A DNA stretch of 63,069 bases, counting the filler, from Octopus bimaculoides (taxonomy: Eukaryota), in NCBI RefSeq assembly GCF_001194135.2. It is 4 parts of 4 records of this genome, joined end to end, with 100 filler letters (N's around TTAATTAATTAA, not from the genome) between each part and the next. Parts side by side here need not be neighbours in the genome. Positions count along the whole stretch, not along the records: positions 1 to 27,032 come from NC_068983.1; positions 27,133 to 50,977 come from NC_069005.1; 2 more parts are not named here. One strand, 5' to 3'. A program made the translations under genes and the position numbers. Position 1 is the first letter of the stretch. Each line of letters begins with the position of its first letter. Shown here piece after piece: positions 26,253-37,652 of this stretch. The notes below the pieces were generated by a model, which saw only the letters and a list, made by a program, of their open reading frames with translations, was not told the origin of the DNA and made no database searches.

Positions 26253-27032
26253 ATACCTGATATAAGAAACAAAACCATAAAACTTTTCGTGCATTTTAAT
26301 AACGAGCTGTAATAGAAAATAAGACAAAGATGTATGTATTAAATCATTTTATTTCGTATCGTATTTGTTTGAAGAAACGAGATCGTGGGTGGAAACATCA
26401 AACTAGTTTAGGTAAGAACAACGGAAAAAGTACTCCATACAGTGAGAGATAAATATTATTTAATGTACACTGTATTAAAATAAGAGCCACAAATACAGTG
26501 TACATTTATATACACCCATATATATATATATATCTTTTATTTATGCATAATTATGTTTCGTTATTGCTGTTTCAAACTTTGTACATATAAAGTAGTAACA
26601 AAGTTAAATGAACTGCATTGAATTAAGTAAAAGATAAACAAATAATCAGTAATAACTAGTAATAATTGTAAAATCCTAATTTGTGTAACGTGATGTGTTT
26701 TAATTTACGGTTTATGATCACGGATCTTTTTTAAAACGGGGGCCACATTTTTCATTAACGAAACACTTTGAAACTTGGAACACTGGTAGAATGGGTCATA
26801 TAAAACATCTTTTTCTCTTAGTCTTCTTTAAAAAAAAAGAAATCCATAAATTATTCCATGTTAAAGTTGTCGTATTTCTGTAATTTCAACCAATCACTGA
26901 CGTCCATTCAGCCGATATACATTAAGTGACGACTACATAAACAAACGATTCTGAAACAATTAATCCTAACCCTAACCCTAGGGTTAGGGTTAAAGCAAAT
27001 TTAAAATGAAAAAAGCAAATAAAACGAAGAAT

Positions 27033-27132
27033 NNNNNNNNNNNNNNNNNNNNNNNNNNNNNNNNNNNNNNNNNNNNTTAATTAATTAANNNNNNNNNNNN
27101 NNNNNNNNNNNNNNNNNNNNNNNNNNNNNNNN
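27033..27132. other. Assembly scaffolding linker N44-TTAATTAATTAA-N44
   Basis: Exactly 100 bp with stops in all six frames. Identical constructs at 50978-51077 and ~61360-61460. Confidence 0.95.
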
Positions 27133-27149
27133 AGATACACATACGCACA

Positions 27150-27418
27150 CGGGGGTTCTCTCTCAGCCCGCAGCTACTGCGTCGAACGAGAGTAAGGCCC
27201 TAATAGGATGGTCTGACGAGGGACAGAGGACATGTCCGTACCATCGGATAGCTATGAGGCGAAAAGCTGCGGGATAATGCGCGCACGCATGCAGTTCTTT
27301 GTCGGAAACGTGATGGTACCATTTGACGTTGTTGGTCTCCTCTCTACCTTATGGTTAAAACAAGATACGTTCCTTCACAACCTTGCTACCGCGTAGATGG
27401 CCGGTCAAAGAGAAGACC
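27150..27418 (-). mobile_element. RTE-clade LINE C-terminal fragment
   Basis: The minus strand translates as NNVKWYHHVSDKEL...IRWYGHVL.PSSDHPIRALLSF, matching the RTE KW..VSN.E and RWYGHV motifs. Confidence 0.75.
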
Positions 27419-28236
27419 ATACATACATACATACATACATACATACATACATACATACATACATACATAGCCACTACTTGCAGTAAAACATTTTCTTCTT
27501 TTTAAGCGTTTTAAACATAAAGCTTAAGTAGAATAACGGCTTGCGTAATTGGCATGTCTAAATTGTTGCCATTGTTTGATCAGTTGTTCATGTCGATATA
27601 AGCGCCTCCATGCGTAGAATAAAGCAAGCCAGTTCTTTGTTATGTACTCTCAAAGATTATACAGAATGTGCACTCTTAACTTCATTCAAATATTTTTTTA
27701 AAAATTTGTCTGTTAGAATCCTAGATACAGTTGATTGAGCAACAACAAAAAAATTTAAGCTAAATATTTCACGTTTTTACGAGCTTTGTGTTTATTTATG
27801 ATAGCTAAATTTTTTATTGTTTTTCTTTTGAAAGTTATTGTCTTTCGCTTCTTTTGTATTATCAATAACGCTCCTACAGTTTTTTGGCATATATTGGAAG
27901 GGTGAGTTCTTTGGAGAGTTATATAAGACAAAAGAGTAACGGAAAGAACGTGAGCACAGCATGCGAGCACATCCGCAACATGCGAGCTGTGCAGCATTTA
28001 TTTGGCACAAATTAATTGTTTAATTTTTATTTTATAATTCAAAATATAATGTACCACATCAAGTTGAAAGATCGTCAAGTGAAGCAGCATTGCATGTACG
28101 TAACACGCATGCGTATATACAAATTCAGACACACACTCAAGCACACTCACAGGCAGGCATATACACATACTTACACAAACTCACACACACCCATATACAC
28201 GGAAAAACACATGCATATGTACATAAATGCATAAGG

Positions 28237-28275
<39 letters not shown>

Positions 28276-28428
28276 AGTTTATCTCCACAGATTTTCTATA
28301 GACTTCAGAGCCAGCACTGACAGTTCTACAGAGATAAACTTTAAAATGAGAACATCGCACTGCTAACACAAAAGTAAGGCGTGATATTAATTAGATAATT
28401 AAATATTATTAGAAATTATATTAAAACC

Positions 28429-28620
28429 GCGAGCTGGCAGAATCGTTAGCACGCCGGGCGAAATTCTTAGCAGCATTTCGTCCGAGTTCAAATTTCGCCG
28501 AGATCGGCATTGTCTTTCATCCTTCCAGGGTCGATAAAATAAGTACCAGTTGAGCTTTGGGTGTCAGTTTAGTCGATTTACCCCTCCTCGGAATTGCTGG
28601 TTTCAAACCAGACAATTTTT
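28429..28620 (+). mobile_element. SINE family A
   Basis: Head and body match family A. Confidence 0.85.
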
Positions 28621-28704
28621 CAAAAAATTGTTCCAGTGAGGTATGTGAATTGTTATATTTTGATTCTCTGGTAATTAGCGTCTGGTTCCATATCTACATC
28701 TTGT

Positions 28705-28956
28705 ACCATTATGTAAATGAGTCGAATCATCATGTTGAGAAGTTGTGTTATTATGCAAATGAGCCGTATCACTATGAAAATGTGGCTTACTATTATGTAC
28801 AGGGGTTGCACCATTATGTTAATGAGTTGTACTTTTACGTAAATGAAACGAACTATTATGTAAATGAGTTGCACCATTATGTAAATTAGATGTGCTATTA
28901 TGAAAATAAAGGGTGCTATTATGTAAACGAGTTGTGCTGTTATGTAAATGTTATTT
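28705..28956 (+). repeat. Twelve-unit, indel-free 21-bp tandem repeat (consensus ACYATTATGTAAATGAGTTGY)
   Basis: The 21-nt period holds exactly across 252 bp despite heavy substitution. Reads as (H/Y)YVNEL(H/C/Y) heptads. Confidence 0.9.
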
Positions 28957-30257
28957 AGGCGGCGAGATAGTAGAATTGTTAGCACGCCTGCTTGCAGTAT
29001 AAACCGGGTGCAGATTGCACCGATAACCAGCTGGAGGAGGCCCTTCCTTGGGTTAAAAAGCGGTAGTAACGTCGAACAGCCATATTGATGTGGCAATAAA
29101 CATTACTTCTCAATATAGGTATTACTTTCATTTCTTATAGAGAATTTCTAATTAAACTACTATNNNNNNNNNNNNNNNNNNNNNNNNNNNNNNNNNNNNN
29201 NNNNNNNNNNNNNNNNNNNNNNNNNNNNNNNNNNNNNNNNNNNNNNNNNNNNNNNNNNNNNNNNNNNNNNNNNNNNNNNNNNNNNNNNNNNNNNNNNNNN
29301 NNNNNNNNNNNNNNNNNNNNNNNNNNNNNNNNNNNNNNNNNNNNNNNNNNNNNNNNNNNNNNNNNNNNNNNNNNNNNNNNNNNNNNNNNNNNNNNNNNNN
29401 NNNNNNNNNNNNNNNNNNNNNNNNNNNNNNNNNNNNNNNNNNNNNNNNNNNNNNNNNNNNNNNNNNNNNNNNNNNNNNNNNNNNNNNNNNNNNNNNNNNN
29501 NNNNNNNNNNNNNNNNNNNNNNNNNNNNNNNNNNNNNNNNNNNNNNNNNNNNNNNNNNNNNNNNNNNNNNNNNNNNNNNNNNNNNNNNNNNNNNNNNNNN
29601 NNNNNNNNNNNNNNNNNNNNNNNNNNNNNNNNNNNNNNNNNNNNNNNNNNNNNNNNNNNNNNNNNNNNNNNNNNNNNNNNNNNNNNNNNNNNNNNNNNNN
29701 NNNNNNNNNNNNNNNATTTGTTAATTAAATAAAGATTTAAATTTGAATAACTGATCGTGATTCTCCAGAATGGAACTAAGACATAATGCCTCACCATTCG
29801 TTTTTGGTAGGGTTCGCATGCGCGCGCACATATGTGTGTGTGTGTATACGTCAGTGTGTGGAGAGGGAGAGATGCGCGTGTGCAAACACTGTGCTTGTTT
29901 GTTTGTGAGGCTGGGGGGTCTTTTTTTGTGTGTTTTTTTTTTCTTTGTTTTTCTTCTGACAAATGCAAACCTTACAGCAATAAAGATATTGTATTATCGT
30001 ACAAACCACACGGACAGAGGCAGAAACGCACGCACGCACGCACGCATGCACGCATACACACGCATGCACACACACATGCACACACACATGCACACATATC
30101 ACACACTCACACTTACAAACCTAGCAAAACATTATGTATGCTTTTCCATTGTAACCGAATGAAGCGCTGGAGAAAACGAACGACTCAAGGTTACGTTGGT
30201 TAATAGACTTCCCAGAATAAACGGAAGGCTGTTGCCAAACTACACACATACACATAG

Positions 30258-30292
<35 letters not shown>

Positions 30293-30949
30293 CATGCATA
30301 TATTTATATAAAATTATATATATTAAATCATATACATACAGATATATGTATGTATGTATGCATGCATGTTTGTGTGTATGTATGTATATATATATGTATG
30401 TGTGTGTATATGTTTGTGTGTGTATATATTTGTGTCTGTGTTTGTCTTCCCAACATCGCTTGACAACCGATGATGGTGTGTTTACGTCCCCGTAACTNNN
30501 NNNNNNNNNNNNNNNNNNNNNNNNNNNNNNNNNNNNNNNNNNNNNNNNNNNNNNNNNNNNNNNNNNNNNNNNNNNNNNNNNNNNNNNNNNNNNNNNNNNN
30601 NNNNNNNNNNNNNNNNNNNNNNNNNNNNNNNNNNNNNNNNNNNNNNNNNNNNNNNNNNNNNNNNNNNNNNNNNNNNNNNNNNNNNNNNNNNNNNNNNNNN
30701 NNNNNNNNNNNNNNNNNNNNNNNNNNNNNNNNNNNNNNNNNNNNNNNNNNNNNNNNNNNNNNNNNNNNNNNNNNNNNNNNNNNNNNNNNNNNNNNNNNNN
30801 NNNNNNNNNNNNNNNNNNNNNNNNNNNNNNNNNNNNNNNNNNNNNNNNNNNNNNNNNNNNNNNNNNNNNNNNNNNNNNNNNNNNNNNNNNNNNNNNNNNN
30901 NNNNNNNNNNNNNNNNNNATACAGGGAAAAGATTCATAAAAATTAGCTT

Positions 30950-31352
30950 GTTTACCAACCACATGGTTCCGGGTTCAGTCCCACCGCGTGGCACCTTGGA
31001 CAAGTGTCTTCTACTATAGCTTCGGGCCGACCAAAGCCTTGTGAGTGGATTTGGTAGACGGAAACTGAAAGAAGCCCGTCGTATATATGTATATATATAT
31101 GTATGTGTGTGTATATGTTTGTGTGTGTATATATTTGTGTCTGTGTTTGTCTTCCCAACATCGCTTGACAACCGATGATGGTGTGTTTACGTCCCCGTAA
31201 CTTAGCGGTTCAGCAAAAGAGACCGATAGAATAAATACTAGGCATCCAAAGAATAAGTCCTGGGGGTCTATTTTCTCGACTAAAGGCGGTGCTCCAACAT
31301 GGCCGCAGTCAAATGACTGAAACAAGTAAAAGAGTAAAAGAGTAAAAGAGTA
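30950..31352 (+). mobile_element. SINE family B; its 3' part is duplicated at 30400-30497
   Basis: The two copies share the private variants GTCTTCCCAAC and GATGATGGTG across the gap. Confidence 0.85.
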
Positions 31353-31785
31353 TTGGAGTTGACTTGTTCGATTGAAGTCTGAAATGCTTTGCCCCAGCAT
31401 AGGCGCGGTCCCATGACTGAAACGAGTCAAATCTAAACACGTATCCAGATAAGTAAATACGACCCGGTATCTCTTATGAATATTTAAGCATTCCTTTTCA
31501 CTCACATCTATCATATATGATCGATTACCTTCGTTAAATTCACTCTGATCTCACAGTACAATATATCAGGGCTACATTTTTATTTCCAATTAGGTAAATT
31601 CAATGCAGTTTCAAACCGTAATTATTAAAGCAAAAATCATAAATAAACAGGTTGAATGAAAATGAATTTGGAAACTTTATGTGTGCGTACGAAACTAACG
31701 CAGAAATGCTAATGTAGCTTTGAATTACAATTACATGGTAAATCTTAAATATTTCAAGCATAAAGTTCACTGAATACCTGCAAAT

Positions 31786-32168
31786 TCACCACTGCTCGTC
31801 ATCTTCAGCACTGAATAAGCTTTCATAAGCATTCGAGTGATTGATAGCATTGTATGGATTCTCTTCATCATCTCTGCCCGTAATTATAGGTTGTGTATCA
31901 TCGGTTCCTTCTTCTTCAACGTCATCCCACGGATATTCTCCATTTTATACCAAGGCAAACATTCGAAATTCCGCATTTCTTCAAATGATTCGATAATCAT
32001 GTCAGCTTTTCAAGTCCTTGCCGTTTATTAACTATCCGTTCATACAGATCAAAGGCAAGATTTATGATCTGCACTTTCTCTGATACACAATCTTGTATCT
32101 CTGAAGTTACTGAAGAAAATAAGCAATTTCAAAAATTAAATTTTTCCTTTGGTGTAGTTTTTCTTTAA

Positions 32169-32201
<33 letters not shown>

Positions 32202-32900
32202 CGGTTTTTAATTTAGTTTCATTTGCGATACATGAAAGAATTAAAATACACCGGATGGCCTTTCTTCTTCGAATTCCGATAATAAATTGCTGAAACGCTT
32301 AAACTTTATCATCTAGATCAGCTCCTTGGCAACTCTTGTACAATTCTACATTCTCTGCTATTTCCCCGAACCTTGGGCCTTAAAATCCATAATTCTGTGT
32401 GTTCTTTGTTTGTTTGGTTGGAGTTTTTTTTTCTGTTATCTTGTTTGTTGCTGTTGATTCTTTTTTTTTTTATTCCTTTAGTGCAGATTCAGATGGCTTT
32501 CCGAGTTAAATATTTTCCATCTTGACGATTTCCGATTACCAGCTTAGCAATCGTTTTTCTCCAATCGTAGCCACTTGCAAGCGAGATCTCTATCAGCACA
32601 ATTTATTTTCGCATCGTCTGAAGCTTCCTTCATACTTTTATTCAGTCACTCACAACCATTTTACAAAAAAAAAACCCACCAAATCTTCAAGCTGCTACAC
32701 AGTTGTCTTTTCAGCTTGAGTACTATATTCTAATTCTTTGGCATTTTCTCACAAATTGAAGAATTTTCAAAATCAAGCCTACACAGCTGTATTCTGCAAG
32801 TATTATACGGGGCTCTGGCGTCAGCTGACCTATCGAATGAGTCTGACCCGACTTCCGTCTAGCTTTCATACAATTTCCCCGATTGCTGTTGTAGACAGAA
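31786..32900 (-). pseudogene. Decayed coding region of unidentified protein, with stops, frameshifts and a possible 151-nt intron
   Basis: Protein-like blocks in order on the minus strand: ASGYDWRKTIAKLVIGNRQDGKYLTRKAI; GPRFGEIAENVELYKSCQGADLDDK; FKRFSNLLSEFEEERPS|EIQDCVSEKVQIINLAFDLYERIVNKRQGLEK; ADMIIESFEEMRNFECLPWYK; GEYPWDDVEEEGTDDTQPIITGRDDEENPYNAINHSNAYESLFSAEDDEQW*. No family was recognised. Confidence 0.4.
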
Positions 32901-33009
32901 ACAATGAACAGTGACACAGATAAGTGTGACGTAATAGCTCCGAGAGGTTATTGTCTCTCGTTATTGTCTATCTGACAACATTGGTTACACTGCTTTGTAA
33001 CTGTATTTC

Positions 33010-33250
33010 TTGTTGGCACTCCGTCGCTTACGACGACGAGGGTTCCAGTTGATCCGATCGACGGAAACAGCCTGCTCGTGAAATTAACGTGCAAGTGGCT
33101 GAGCACTCCACAGACACGTGTACCCTTAACGTAGTTCTCGGGGGATATTCAGCGTGACACAGAGTGTGACAAGGCTGGCCCTTTGAATCGAAACCGCGAT
33201 CCTATGACCGCGAGTCCGCTGCCCTAACCACTGGGCCATTGCGCCTCCAC
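33010..33250 (-). mobile_element. Internally deleted SINE family D
   Basis: The D tail is joined directly to the tRNA head at a shared GAAT; the middle of the element is absent. Confidence 0.85.
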
Positions 33251-33344
33251 GCAACTGTATTTACATCTGCGATATATATAGCCTGATGGAGTGTTCTATA
33301 TTGGTAAGTACTACTCGTTCCTTCCTTCCTTCCTTCTCGATTCA

Positions 33345-33830
33345 TACTGACCCATAAGGGCCGGTTTCCTGGTTTCCATTGCGTAATATATTCCCCACCT
33401 GGACGGGTCACTGGTCTGTCGCAGGATTACTCATTTTTGCCAACTGAGCTGACTGGGGTCAACGTGAAATGAAGTGTTTTTCTCAAGAACACAACGCGTC
33501 GCCTGATCCAGGAATCGAAACCACAATCTTACGATCATGGCGGTGATCTGGCAGGAACGTTAGCACGCCGGGCGAAATGCTTAACGGTATTTCGTCTGCC
33601 CCTACGTTCTGAGTTCAAATTCCGCCAAGGTCGACTTTGCCTTTCATCCTTTAGGGGTCGATTAAATAAGTACCAGTTACGCACTGGGGTCGATATAATC
33701 GACTTAATCCGTTTGTCTGTCCTTGTCTGTCCCCTCTGTGTGTAGCCTCTTGTGGGCAGTAAAGAAATAAGAAACCACAATCTTACGATCATGAATCCAA
33801 CACCCTAACCACTAAGCCACATGCCTCAAC
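33345..33830 (-). mobile_element. SINE family E interrupted by a family A SINE (33540-33770, +)
   Basis: 23-bp TSD GAAACCACAATCTTACGATCATG at 33517-33539 and 33771-33793. The host has a tRNA-like head (GGCTTAGTGGTTAGG, GGTTTCGATTCC) and an (AAGG)n tail. Confidence 0.88.
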
Positions 33831-34271
33831 AGTACAACTCGTTCGCAAGTGGTCACGCTTGGAAATCCAGCCGGAAAGTCTGATGATGGATCCTATAGAA
33901 GTAGTACCTGCGGACTTTACCACCACGACATTCTCAGGAATGCAGGACGGAAAACATTGATGAATACTGATAAAGGGTCTTGATTGCATTACCAATTATG
34001 ATGTCATGTATCTTATATAAGACTAATTTATACTACTGTTAATTTCAGTGCTCGCTTCGTCAGTAATGAATTTGAGAAACCGTAATCTAATATTCGTGAG
34101 AATTGTGTAGTAAAACGCGTAATAACACAGAGAGGGGAAATTCACTTCCTCTGTCTGACATTTACATATCGGTTACTTCCACCACCATCAAATGTTGATC
34201 TGTTATCTATGAAAAACAAAACTAGGGTCGACTTTTACATGAGCCCTACATTTAAGTATATACAGTGTTTA

Positions 34272-34560
34272 CAGGGGTTGGACAAATTAATGGAAACGCC
34301 TAGCATCATAGCATCACAATTTTGAAATATCTAGAAAACCGTCAAAAGCTTGTTTATTTTTCTGAGGTTTTTTAAAATTTATTATTAGTGTTGCTTAATA
34401 TGTTTTACTAAAATTGCTGTTTCTTTTCAGGTATCACCAGAAAAAGGTAATTAAATTTCATTAAAATGACAGATCTATCGGACTTTCAAAGAGGTCAAAT
34501 TATTGGTGCTCATATGGCAGGCGTTAGCCTAACGAAAACAGCCGAAATGTTATCACTTTC
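34272..34560 (+). mobile_element. 5' end of a Tc1-like transposon
   Basis: TA|CAGGGGTTGGACAAA terminus. The ORF from 34466 begins MTDLSDFQRGQIIGAHMAGVSLTKTAEML, a Tc1 paired-like N-terminus (DLSDFxRGxIVG). Truncated afterwards. Confidence 0.8.
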
Positions 34561-34842
34561 TGCTGTGTTATCATCATCATTATTATTATTATTATTATTT
34601 GTAAGGCCTGGTACTTATTCTACTGATCTCTTTTGCCGAACTGCCATGTTACGATGACACAAACACACCTATACCAGATGAATACAGCGAGCCTGGCTGA
34701 CGATTCTTGAGTACAAAGATACAAAATGTGAAATCAATTGATACCAAGATATCCTGTTTCTTGCTTTTGTAGTTAATAGAAGGTAAGCCTATTGTGTTAT
34801 ATCCATTGCATTCACCGTGTGTATTTATTAATACCGAGACAT

Positions 34843-35351
34843 TTGGGGTTTTGGAGTGTTAGCTTGGGGTTTTGGAGTGTTAGCTTGGGGTTTTGGAGTG
34901 TTAGCTTGGGGTTTTGGAGTGTTAGCTTGGGGTTTTGGAGTGTTAGCTTGTGGTTTTGGAGTGTTAGCTTGTGGTTTTGGAGTGTTAGCTTGGGGTTTTG
35001 GAGTGTTAGCTTGGGGTTTTGGAGTGTTAGCTTGTGGTTTTNNNNNNNNNNNNNNNNNNNNNNNNNNNNNNNNNNNNNNNNNNNNNNNNNNNNNNNNNNN
35101 NNNNNNNNNNNNNNNNNNNNNNNNNNNNNNNNNNNNNNNNNNNNNNNNNNNNNNNNNNNNNNNNNNNNNNNNNNNNNNNNNNNNNNNNNNNNNNNNNNNN
35201 NNNNNNNNNNNNNNNNNNNNNNNNNNNNNNNNNNNNNNNGAGACATTTGGGGTTTTGGAGTGTTAGCTTGGGGTTTTGGAGTGTTAGCTTGGGGTTTTGG
35301 AGTGTTAGCTTGGGGTTTTGGAGTGTTAGCTTGGGGTTTTGGAGTGTTAGC
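34843..35351 (+). repeat. 21-bp G-rich minisatellite (TTGGGGTTTTGGAGTGTTAGC)n spanning a gap
   Basis: About 9.5 units before the gap and 5 after it. The only variant is TTGTGG for TTGGGG. Confidence 0.97.
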
Positions 35352-35925
35352 TCCTCTTTCTAGCAAGTGGTATTCTGATTACTCTAATACCCTACTTCAG
35401 TTTCCGTCTACCAAATCCACTCACAAGGCTTTGGTCGGCCCGAGGCTATAGTAGAAGACACTTGCCCAAGGTAACATGGAGTAGAGGTAAGACATCTTTG
35501 TCATTCACTGCATCTGTTTCTATCCCCTGTCATCTTGATTTGGCCTTGCCACTGGACTGAAGATGGTCACGGATGACAAAGAGTGAGGCTGACCGTGCCG
35601 CAACTCTTCTTCACTTGAAACAAAGTCACTGCGCAAAGCCATCGGTCATCGTTAAGGATGACCAGATGGTCTTCGTCACTCTGACAGACGAACATGTTAG
35701 TAACCAAATCTCTCTCAAGTCACACCTTACTCGCCACAGTAAAGGACACAATAAAAAACGACGAGATGGTCATGGCTGGAATGCCGTTCAACGTGACAGA
35801 GAGTCTATTCAATCAGGGCTAACCTGATGGCTTAACAACAACAACAGCCAATACGAAACGTGGCCATTTCTGCTGTTGCTCGATTTGCAAAGAAATGGCA
35901 ACTAAATCTCCTTTGCATTTGAATG

Positions 35926-36272
35926 TTGTTGGCACTCCGTCGGTTGCGACGACGAGGGTTCCAGTTGATCCGATCAACGGAACAGCCTGCTCGTGAAATT
36001 AACGTGCAAGTGGCTGAGCACTCCACAGACACGTGTACCCTTAACGTAGTTCTCGGGGATATTCAGCGTGACACAGTGTGACAAGGCTGACCCTTTGAAT
36101 TACAGGCACAACAGAAACAGGAAGTAAGAGTGAGAGAAAGTTGTGGTGAAAATAGTACAGCAGGGTTCGCCACCATCCCCTGCAGGGACCTCGTGGAGCT
36201 TTTGGGTGTTTTCCGCTCAATAAACACTCCCAACGTCCGATCTGGGAATCGAAACCGCGATCCTACGACCGC
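35926..36272 (-). mobile_element. SINE family D, nearly full length (head runs into the gap)
   Basis: Matches 46613-46795 and 9766-9949. Confidence 0.9.
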
Positions 36273-36829
36273 NNNNNNNNNNNNNNNNNNNNNNNNNNNN
36301 NNNNNNNNNNNNNNNNNNNNNNNNNNNNNNNNNNNNNNNNNNNNNNNNNNNNNNNNNNNNNNNNNNNNNNNNNNNNNNNNNNNNNNNNNNNNNNNNNNNN
36401 NNNNNNNNNNNNNNNNNNNNNNNNNNNNNNNNNNNNNNNNNNNNNNNNNNNNNNNNNNNNNNNNNNNNNNNNNNNNNNNNNNNNNNNNNNNNNNNNNNNN
36501 NNNNNNNNNNNNNNNNNNNNNNNNNNNNNNNNNNNNNNNNNNNNNNNNNNNNNNNNNNNNNNNNNNNNNNNNNNNNNNNNNNNNNNNNNNNNNNNNNNNN
36601 NNNNNNNNNNNNNNNNNNNNNNNNNNNNNNNNNNNNNNNNNNNNNNNNNNNNNNNNNNNNNNNNNNNNNNNNNNNNNNNNNNNNNNNNNNNNNNNNNNNN
36701 NNNNNNNNNNNNNNNNNNNNNNNNNNNNNNNNNNNNNNNNNNNNNNNNNNNNNNNNNNNNNNNNNNNNNNNNNNNNNNNNNNNNNNNNNNNNNNNNGGAT
36801 TTCTGTGGCTTTCTTTAACACCACCACCC

Positions 36830-37604
36830 CACCACCACTCTATTCTTTCTCTCTCCCCTCTCTCTTTCTCTCTCCCCTCTCTCTTTCTCTCTCCCCTCAC
36901 TCACTCACTCACTCACTCACTCTCTCTCTCTTTCTTTCTTTCGCTTTTCACTCGCCCCGTCTTTCTCTGTCTTTCTTTCACATTTTTTTCTCAGAACTCA
37001 CTCGCTCTCTCTCTCTCTCTCTCCCCTCTCTCTCTCTGTTTATTCCTCACTTTCTTTAGACATCTCCCTTTCTCTGTGTTACACGTACACACACACACAC
37101 ACACACTCTCTCTCTCTCTCTCTCTCTCCCTGTGTTACTATCTCTTTACTTCTCCATATATCTATCTCTCCCTCTCTGTTACCATTTCTTTATCTCTGTT
37201 AATCTCTCTTTCTTTCTCTCTATTCCCCTCTCTCTCACTTTCTCTCTCTCCCCTCTCTCTCTCTCCCCTCTCTCTTTTTCTCTCCCCCTCACTCTCTCTC
37301 TGTCATTCTCACTCCTCTCTGTCTCTCACTCTCACACACTACTCTCCTTTTCTGGTTACCGTATCTCTCTCTCTCTCTTTCACAATTGTATTATCTCTGC
37401 TACCCTCACTTTTCTTTGTTACTGTATTTCACTCTCTCTGTACCTTCCTCTCTCTCTCTTCCTGTTAACATCTTTCTCTCTCTTTTCATATCCCTCTCTC
37501 CCTCCCTCCCCCTTTTCTCCCTCTCTCTCTCTCTCTCCATCCCTCTATTTATATATCTATCTATCCATCTATCTACCTATCTATCTATCTATCTATCTAT
37601 CTAC

Positions 37605-37652
<48 letters not shown>

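Noticed and set aside
27160-27275. Ribozyme-like fold (CTGACGAG, GAAA, CCCGCAGCT/AGCTGCGGG helix)
   Set aside because: The hammerhead junctions do not assemble, and the opposite strand translates as an RTE LINE C-terminus, which explains the sequence.
30400-31207. Identical SINE B segment on both sides of a gap
   Set aside because: Shared private variants across a gap most simply reflect haplotype duplication in the assembly.
34043-34063. Minus-strand CTGACGA...GAAA motif
   Set aside because: Stem II is only 2 bp, and there is no compatible stem I or cleavage triplet.
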